Below, piece after piece: positions 58,342 through 64,000 of a stretch of 64,000 nt of DNA. The position numbers and the translations under genes were made by a program. The DNA is from a virus, in the IMG/VR virus record IMGVR_UViG_3300035670_012130, positions 1-64,000 of that record; one strand, given 5' to 3'. The notes below the pieces were generated by a model that saw only the letters and a list, made by a program, of their open reading frames with translations, had not been told where the DNA came from and did no database searches. Position 1 is the stretch's first letter, and every line of letters starts with the position of its first letter.

Positions 58342-59118
58342 TTAATATGCAGTTGTTGGTACATTATCTGGACCAAAATAAATTTGTCTAACTAATTCTT
58401 TAGCACTAATTGTAATGGTGCCACTTCTGAAAAGTTGTTTTCCTGTAGCATCATCTGAAGATTTATTGTCATTGCAAAGTACATCGTAAAGCATTCTTAC
58501 GGGTTCTACATTATCTGCTTGCATTCTTAAAATGTTATTTTTTGCTTTAGTTGGTAAATTTGCAATAGTTGTGCCAGCTCCAACATCGTTATACATTCTG
58601 ATAAACGCTTCTGCTGCTTTACCTGAATCTGGTAAAGATGGGGCTGCCAAGTTTGCTGGATGAGTTTCTGACCAAAGGGTATTAAACTCATTTGTTACTG
58701 TTGATGCGTAAGAACTCAATATATCATTATGATCTACAGTAAAATGTGCTGGAGAAAGTGTAAACTTTTCGCAAATAGGGCAAATATCAACTACCCATAT
58801 TCTTCTATGCTTTCTCAATATTGATAAAATTATTCTTGTTGCTTCTTGCGTGACTCTCTCGGTAGTTTCTATATTATCAGCACCTACATTAATTTCTATA
58901 TTAACATTGTGTTCGAATTCTTGTAATCCAAAAGATATATCTTTGAGTGGAGAGCTTGCACCTTTAAAAACTATTGATATTGCATTAGGTCTTACAGCAG
59001 CTTCTCCAATAAAAAATCCAGTAACAGGTCTATCAAAAATTACTGCTTCACCTTTAGCATTTTTAGGCAACTCGTAGAATAAAATGCCTCTTAAGGTATC
59101 GTAAACTCGTTCAAGCAT
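58342..59118 (-). CDS. Putative tail-completion/neck protein
   Basis: 258 aa; follows the head-tail connector; CPIC insertion. Confidence 0.4.
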   Translation of the reverse strand: MLERVYDTLRGILFYELPKNAKGEAVIFDRPVTGFFIGEAAVRPNAISIVFKGASSPLKDISFGLQEFEHNVNIEINVGADNIETTERVTQEATRIILSILRKHRRIWVVDICPICEKFTLSPAHFTVDHNDILSSYASTVTNEFNTLWSETHPANLAAPSLPDSGKAAEAFIRMYNDVGAGTTIANLPTKAKNNILRMQADNVEPVRMLYDVLCNDNKSSDDATGKQLFRSGTITISAKELVRQIYFGPDNVPTTAY

Positions 59119-59127
59119 TTATTTCAC

Positions 59128-59622
59128 CTATTGACTTTGGCCTTTTGAACGCTTGCCTTCTGTTGGGTTATTTACCACTCCACGTAAGGTAGATCTAACA
59201 AATCTATCTCCACGAGTGTTTCTCTGACCGAATAATCTAATTTCACCATTTTGAATTCTTACAATTTCATTTTGAGCAAAATCAAATCTTACTTTTTGAG
59301 CTTCAGAATATTGTGGGTCTGCTCCTTGAAGTGCTTGCATGTAATACATTTGAGCAGCAAGAATAGCGCAAATTACAGGTACAGGGTGTGGATATGAAAC
59401 ATCACCACCAATATTTACTTGTTTCAAAGGAACATCATACATAGTGGCAAGATTAGCATCAATTTCAGCTGATGCTTGTTGAATGAAGAAGTCTAAGTTT
59501 ATATTTGAAGCTGATTCTGGAGTAGGATTTCTGAAGTTAGGAATAGGATTGTCACCCTCAGTTACAACGTTGGGCGGAAGATATTGCTTGACATCATTTG
59601 TTGTGCAGTAAGAACGTGGCAT
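59128..59622 (-). CDS. Head-tail connector, Mu gp36/DUF1320-like
   Basis: YCTTNDVKQYL..IQQASAEIDANLATMYDVPL..PV.CA.LAA. Confidence 0.75.
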   Translation of the reverse strand: MPRSYCTTNDVKQYLPPNVVTEGDNPIPNFRNPTPESASNINLDFFIQQASAEIDANLATMYDVPLKQVNIGGDVSYPHPVPVICAILAAQMYYMQALQGADPQYSEAQKVRFDFAQNEIVRIQNGEIRLFGQRNTRGDRFVRSTLRGVVNNPTEGKRSKGQSQ

Positions 59623-60302
59623 TATACTACTCCTGTGTTTGGCTTTAAATATTTTGGTGTATATTCGACACCTTGATCACCTTGTATCAATCCCATTTCT
59701 TGTGCGTCTTGTCTTCGAACTAGAGTAAAAACATTAGAATTATCAAGATCATTTGCTGAAGTTGCACCTGAGTTTACAAATCTTGGAAAGTCAATATCTA
59801 CATCTCTGTATCCACCTGATTTAGCATTGAAAATTTCAACACCATCAGGAGCAAATTTACTTCCTTGTAATCTGTTTAATGTTTGAGCTAATTTTGAGTT
59901 TACATTAGTTGCTAAAACAAAACCATTATTATCATGAACAAATCCACAAGCTTTATCAATGGATAAATTTCTAGGCACAGGTTTGGACAGATTATAGATA
60001 TACAACTCTTCTTTACCAGTACAAATATAAGTCTGACCAGAAGCAACAACAATATCCATTTGTTGCTCTTGAGCCATTTGTTTAGCCCTTAATCCGACAA
60101 CTGGAGTATCAGGTGAAAGAATTCCAACGATATCCAAACCGTTAATGATAGCTGATGTGAGAATTGATTTGATAGTAGAGTTTAAATAATCTTCGTTTGA
60201 AAAAGCTTCTTCTTTGTCAATAAAAACGCACAAATCTATCCTTAACACATTTTTTCTTAGAGCTGTGCATTCTTTTGCTATGTGATACCAAGAGCGTTCC
60301 AT
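59622..60302 (-). CDS. PHP-domain-like protein with metal ligands lost
   Basis: LRIDLCVF, AIINGLDIVGI, NGFVLA, DGVEIFNA follow the PHP motif order but lack the His/Asp ligands. Confidence 0.6.
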   Translation of the reverse strand: MERSWYHIAKECTALRKNVLRIDLCVFIDKEEAFSNEDYLNSTIKSILTSAIINGLDIVGILSPDTPVVGLRAKQMAQEQQMDIVVASGQTYICTGKEELYIYNLSKPVPRNLSIDKACGFVHDNNGFVLATNVNSKLAQTLNRLQGSKFAPDGVEIFNAKSGGYRDVDIDFPRFVNSGATSANDLDNSNVFTLVRRQDAQEMGLIQGDQGVEYTPKYLKPNTGVV

Positions 60303-60313
60303 AATAAAGAAAA

Positions 60314-60338
60314 TACTAGGTATCGAGCTTCTTTACCT
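60314..60338 (-). promoter_or_regulatory. Putative late promoter AGGT-N17-AGTA
   Basis: Variant of the recurring spaced motif just upstream of the neck/tail operon. Confidence 0.5.
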
Positions 60339-60873
60339 ATCTTTTGTTTCCGCAGTCAGGGCAGAACTTTTCCAATCCAAGGAACTTGAAGCCACATTCA
60401 ATACAGAATTTTGCTAGTTGTGCTGTTCCACACTTGAGACAAAATTTAGCATCAAGTGGCAAAACATATAAGCATTCAGAATTAGAACATTCTTTGTGAT
60501 GCTTTTCAATTCTATTACGTTCAGTGGTGCCATCCATTTCATCAAGCTCAGAGATTAAGTTTGCAATATTAACTGCGTTGGGGGTAACTGATGGCTGATG
60601 TTGTACTTCCTCTTGCATTTCAGGTTCAGATGGCTTCAATATAGGTTGTTTTTCTGCCCATTTTTGAAATTCTGGGCTATCGAAAAGACTTTGCTTTGGT
60701 TCTGCGCTAACATCCCCAAATTCATTGATTTTTAGGTCAATTTCACGTTCAGTCATTTCCATCTCATCCCCAAGCACTGTATGTCCAAACTTATTGACTT
60801 TTGGCTTGGGGAGATCTTCACGATGGGGATTGGTGAAAGAATGTCGTAAAGCTTTGATCTGATCGTCGTCCAT
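60337..60873 (-). CDS. Double zinc-ribbon protein
   Basis: C-terminal CSNSEC..AKFCLKCG..FCIECG..KFCPDCG. Confidence 0.8.
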   Translation of the reverse strand: MDDDQIKALRHSFTNPHREDLPKPKVNKFGHTVLGDEMEMTEREIDLKINEFGDVSAEPKQSLFDSPEFQKWAEKQPILKPSEPEMQEEVQHQPSVTPNAVNIANLISELDEMDGTTERNRIEKHHKECSNSECLYVLPLDAKFCLKCGTAQLAKFCIECGFKFLGLEKFCPDCGNKR

Positions 60874-60889
60874 AAACTAATTTTACAGT

Positions 60890-61345
60890 CTATTGCTTCT
60901 TTTTGTCATCTCTTCTTTCGTATTTGAAGCTAACAACCTCGAATGAATTTGATTCTGGTTCGTCTCCAGCAGCAAATTCTTTAGCGGTGTCTGAATGATT
61001 TTCAATTGCTTGTAAGATCTTGCTCATCAATTGTGTGTCTGGAATTGGTCCATTGTGCTTAGCCTTAATTTCCACCGCAAAGCTGTGTACTGTTCCATCA
61101 TCGCTTACTACATTTACGTTTGGACGTGGTTTTGCAAATGTTTCTATTTTTGGATGCATTCCGTTGTCGATGGTTGAATTCTCTGATTCCATAGGTGTAC
61201 TACTTCCCATATCAAAAACAGCATCGTTAATTTTTTCTCCCATCTCTGGGTTTATTTGTGCTACTTTAGTCCTAATGTCGTCCAAAACTCTTATCACTCT
61301 GTTCATTTCTTTCATCCTTCTAGCTTTCTCTTTTTTTACACCCAT
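60890..61345 (-). CDS. Hypothetical protein (true start may be 61315 or 61306)
   Basis: 151 aa ORF; TKVAQ motif; GGGT-N18-AGAAG promoter-like element overlaps the first codons. Confidence 0.55.
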   Translation of the reverse strand: MGVKKEKARRMKEMNRVIRVLDDIRTKVAQINPEMGEKINDAVFDMGSSTPMESENSTIDNGMHPKIETFAKPRPNVNVVSDDGTVHSFAVEIKAKHNGPIPDTQLMSKILQAIENHSDTAKEFAAGDEPESNSFEVVSFKYERRDDKKKQ

Positions 61346-61461
61346 TAATAATGGGAATTAATATTTAATATTAAAATGATTATTAACGTTAATCTTTAAA
61401 AGAAAATTATTAATTTTAAAATTTTAAGTTTAATTGTTGCTTTATTAAGCAGCAGAACAAT

Positions 61462-62571
61462 TTATCCTCCAGTACCAATATTCCAGATATATCTGAAAAA
61501 TCTACTTCTTCCTCCAGGCATGTTAAATTCTGGTACAACTACTGATCTAATTCCAGGATAAGTAGCAATTGGTAATTTTTCTAACATTTTTTCAAAATCT
61601 TCTTTGTACATGGTTGCTGATTGTCTTATATCATCTGTAATTCTTGCATCTGGATCTTCAATAAGTAGTCTTCTTTGTCTATTTGTAAGACTTGTAAGCA
61701 AGCTTCTGAGAATGTAATATGCAGCACCGTACACTAATGCAGGATCATAATAGTAAGGAGCTGAGGAAACCGTTTGATATTTACTTGCACCAGGTTGAGA
61801 ATTTATTGTTTGTAATGCCATGTACAAACTGCTATTCATATGGTCATTTGTAATCATTTTTATGCTGTAAGATACTAAAACATTATCATAACTATGAATT
61901 TCAACAGGATCACCATTATTATCAATAAAATAGATATTTCCCATAAAATCATATTTCACCATTAAACCATCTGGATAGTTGTTTCCATCTGTGTATTGCG
62001 ACTCATAGCCATCTCTATTTTTGATAATTGGATCATATGTGGTATTGATGGTTGAATAAATAGGAACGGTTTCTGACAATTGAATTAATGGATCTCTATC
62101 TCCTTGATTAGATGGACCTGAAATTCTCACTTCTGGTTTTGGTACAGAATTCCAAAAAGAAAATGCTACAGAACCCACACTTCTATTTCTTCTAAAAATA
62201 ACTTCTTCGTCGTAAATAGGAATGTTCAAAAGATGCTCTAATTCATATCTTAAACTGCTTTTTACAAGTAATTCATCCCCTAGCATTGGAGATGAAGTAT
62301 TTAGTACATTTCCGTTCGAATCTACTTCTTGAATCCTATAGTAGTCTGAAGGAGACCCATTACCATCAACGCCTTCATTTGTTGGAAATGGCACTGTTGC
62401 TATAGTTGTGTAAGTGCCTTCAAAATTAGAGCTTTTTTGAATTTTATAAAAGGCAACATTTTGTGCTCCAGATCTTTCCCATTCAATAAAGATTCCTGGA
62501 TATGATGGCTGAGTATTGTAATAAACTAAAGTACTATTAGTAAAAGATTGAGCTGAAAAATCGTTTGCCAT
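61462..62571 (-). CDS. Putative neck/head-tail adaptor protein with N-terminal Ig/Fn3-like domain
   Basis: IEWERS..FYKIQKS..YYRIQEVDSNG; helical C-terminal part (ALVYGAAYYIL); GGGGAG RBS. Confidence 0.5.
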   Translation of the reverse strand: MANDFSAQSFTNSTLVYYNTQPSYPGIFIEWERSGAQNVAFYKIQKSSNFEGTYTTIATVPFPTNEGVDGNGSPSDYYRIQEVDSNGNVLNTSSPMLGDELLVKSSLRYELEHLLNIPIYDEEVIFRRNRSVGSVAFSFWNSVPKPEVRISGPSNQGDRDPLIQLSETVPIYSTINTTYDPIIKNRDGYESQYTDGNNYPDGLMVKYDFMGNIYFIDNNGDPVEIHSYDNVLVSYSIKMITNDHMNSSLYMALQTINSQPGASKYQTVSSAPYYYDPALVYGAAYYILRSLLTSLTNRQRRLLIEDPDARITDDIRQSATMYKEDFEKMLEKLPIATYPGIRSVVVPEFNMPGGRSRFFRYIWNIGTGG

Positions 62572-62582
62572 ATTTTCTCCCC

Positions 62583-62619
62583 AAAAAAATAAAGGCCACC
62601 CGACTGGATAGCCTTTATT
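62583..62619 (-). terminator. Intrinsic terminator
   Basis: Minus strand aataaaggctatcc-agtc-gggtggcctttatt (two G-U pairs) followed by ttttt. Confidence 0.7.
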
Positions 62620-62637
62620 CAGTCTAGATTAAACTTT

Positions 62638-63420
62638 CTAAACTCTTCTAATTGAGCCCTCTTCTCCATCACCCATATCAGCTTCTAAATCAATTGCATC
62701 GGCAATTGCATCATAGCCATCATCACCATTATCATCATAATTGAAGTCTGCCCCTGCTACTCTTCTATCACGATTATAATTTGTCATTTCAACTTCTCTG
62801 ACTGAGGATCCCTTGATTGCATCACTTGGAGGTTCTGCTACGAATGCTCTTCCTCTTGTTTCTACGCCAGATACTGAACTATTTGCATCAAGATTTTTTT
62901 GTTGAGCTAGCAACTGATTGATAATTCCTGGGTTTCTCTGCACTCTTTCAGCAAATTGCTCTACTGATAAGTCTTCACCTTGTAATTCTGCTTGTGTTTG
63001 AGCAATATCCAAAGCCATTGCGTAAGAGAGTGAATCATTAGCATATCCAGCTGTTGTTACGTTATTTTTATTCGAATAAGCTTTTTCGGCATCAATACTT
63101 TCAGCTTCAATAGTCTTTCCTTCAACATCTACAGTTCGAAGATTGTTAGTGCTTTGTTGTTTGAGTAGCTCTTTTTTGCCCTTAATAGCTGCTCTTTCTT
63201 CAATAGAATCAAATTGGTCTGGAGTTATTTTTCTTAACAAGCCAAGTCTGAGAGAATTTCTTAAGTCTTTTGATGCTTTAACAACTTTAGGATCTTCCCA
63301 AGTTAAGTCAATAGCTTGAAGAGGACCAAAGTTCAATCTAATATCGCTTACATAATGTGGTCCAAGAGTAACATTTTGCACGATAAATGATTCTGGTTCT
63401 TGATTTACACTTTCATTCAT
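62638..63420 (-). CDS. Hypothetical protein
   Basis: 260 aa; AAGGA RBS; acidic C-terminus. Confidence 0.7.
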   Translation of the reverse strand: MNESVNQEPESFIVQNVTLGPHYVSDIRLNFGPLQAIDLTWEDPKVVKASKDLRNSLRLGLLRKITPDQFDSIEERAAIKGKKELLKQQSTNNLRTVDVEGKTIEAESIDAEKAYSNKNNVTTAGYANDSLSYAMALDIAQTQAELQGEDLSVEQFAERVQRNPGIINQLLAQQKNLDANSSVSGVETRGRAFVAEPPSDAIKGSSVREVEMTNYNRDRRVAGADFNYDDNGDDGYDAIADAIDLEADMGDGEEGSIRRV

Positions 63421-63423
63421 ATT

Positions 63424-63768
63424 TTAATCCTTTTTATTCACAGGTAAAGATGTTATACCGTCCAATCCTTCTTTTCCGGTCCAATACTCGTTTGATTTAG
63501 CTTCTCTTGAATTTGGATCATAAGAATTTTTCCTAACAGATTTTTGATCTTTGACAAATTCTGTCATTTGTTTTCTTTTGACTGTGGTGCCAAATTGTTT
63601 TTCTTTTGCAGTTAGTCCCTCTTGAACATTAAAACTGTTAAAAACTCTTTTAGCTTCTCCTACACCACAAGGGCAAGGAATTTTAGGTTGATATTCACTA
63701 AAAGAAAGAGATATTGTGAATGTTTTAGGTTCAGATGAGCATTCACATAAGTATTCGTATCTAGGCAT
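63424..63768 (-). CDS. FmdB-family zinc-ribbon protein
   Basis: MPRYEYLCEC...CPCG...KRVF. Confidence 0.8.
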   Translation of the reverse strand: MPRYEYLCECSSEPKTFTISLSFSEYQPKIPCPCGVGEAKRVFNSFNVQEGLTAKEKQFGTTVKRKQMTEFVKDQKSVRKNSYDPNSREAKSNEYWTGKEGLDGITSLPVNKKD

Positions 63769-63796
63769 ATTTTATTTTTAATTGGTTGAGATATAC

Positions 63797-63822
63797 AGGT
63801 ATTTGTACAATATCTTACGAAA
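63797..63822 (+). promoter_or_regulatory. Putative late promoter AGGT-N17-CGAAA
   Basis: Variant of the recurring motif upstream of AAGGAG and ATG 63847. Confidence 0.45.
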
Positions 63823-63846
63823 TCTTATAAAAGGAGTACTCAAAAA

Positions 63847-64000
63847 ATGAGTTCAGAAATTACAGACGCAGGAACAACCCATCATATGTATTGTGTTAAG
63901 TGCAGAACTATGGTTATGGTTTCCGCTCCTAAAAAAATTGTTATGAAGAGTAGCAGACACGCACTTCAAGGCAAATGTCCTCACTGTTCAACATCTACTT
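63847..64000 (+). CDS. DUF5679-like small zinc-ribbon protein (3'-truncated; not in the ORF track)
   Basis: MSSEITDAGTTHHMYCVKCRTMVMVSAPKKIVMKSSRHALQGKCPHCSTST after an AAGGAG RBS. Confidence 0.7.
   Translation, partial: MSSEITDAGTTHHMYCVKCRTMVMVSAPKKIVMKSSRHALQGKCPHCSTST

Noticed and set aside
15-61361. The many short antisense or overlapping ORFs in the ORF track (e.g. 15-254, 9833-10183, 22000-22410, 25237-25680, 61020-61361)
   Set aside because: They are shadow frames of well-supported genes, with no recognisable motifs or initiation signals.
1-64000. Genome-wide stop-codon reassignment (TGA or TAG), as seen in some large phages
   Set aside because: Genes are intact and dense under code 11. 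TGA ends genes at ATGA overlaps and TAG ends several genes; only the 9275 TGA looks internal.

Overview
This 64 kb, AT-rich, gene-dense window looks like a piece of a large tailed dsDNA bacteriophage (Caudoviricetes, probably jumbo-sized). It has four modules. (1) 1-3538: host-like replication/metabolism genes (purA fragment, beta clamp, clamp-loader delta) and a phage sigma factor. (2) 3684-25800 (+): head module with putative small terminase, large terminase, about nine uncharacterised putative head proteins, a portal fused to a DUF559 nuclease-like domain, a 1378-aa prohead protease/scaffold, an acidic scaffold, two tandem paralogous decoration-type genes and a 284-aa HK97-type major capsid protein. 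(3) 25877-46638: a ~21 kb island of about 23 genes, mostly nucleotide-sugar enzymes (two 3-dehydratases, three ThDP-dependent systems, two aldolase-fold proteins, an LdpA-like Fe-S protein, SDRs, three GT-like proteins, a FkbM methyltransferase). (4) 46635-63768 (-): neck/tail genes, then a divergent partial gene. The most notable patterns are a candidate branched-sugar virion-glycosylation system (two terminal enzymes share a C-terminal LSFSL tag; virion proteins are rich in G/S/T motifs), two short linear motifs spread across head proteins ([KR]-x-A and E-x-Q-L), nested in-frame starts, a DUF192 domain whose N-terminus is reachable only through a UGA, and two promoter classes (leaderless GTATAAT-N6-8-ATG and AGGW-N17-AGAA). 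No rRNA, tRNA, CRISPR array, intein or transposase was recognised. All family calls come from motif recognition by eye; no database search was run.
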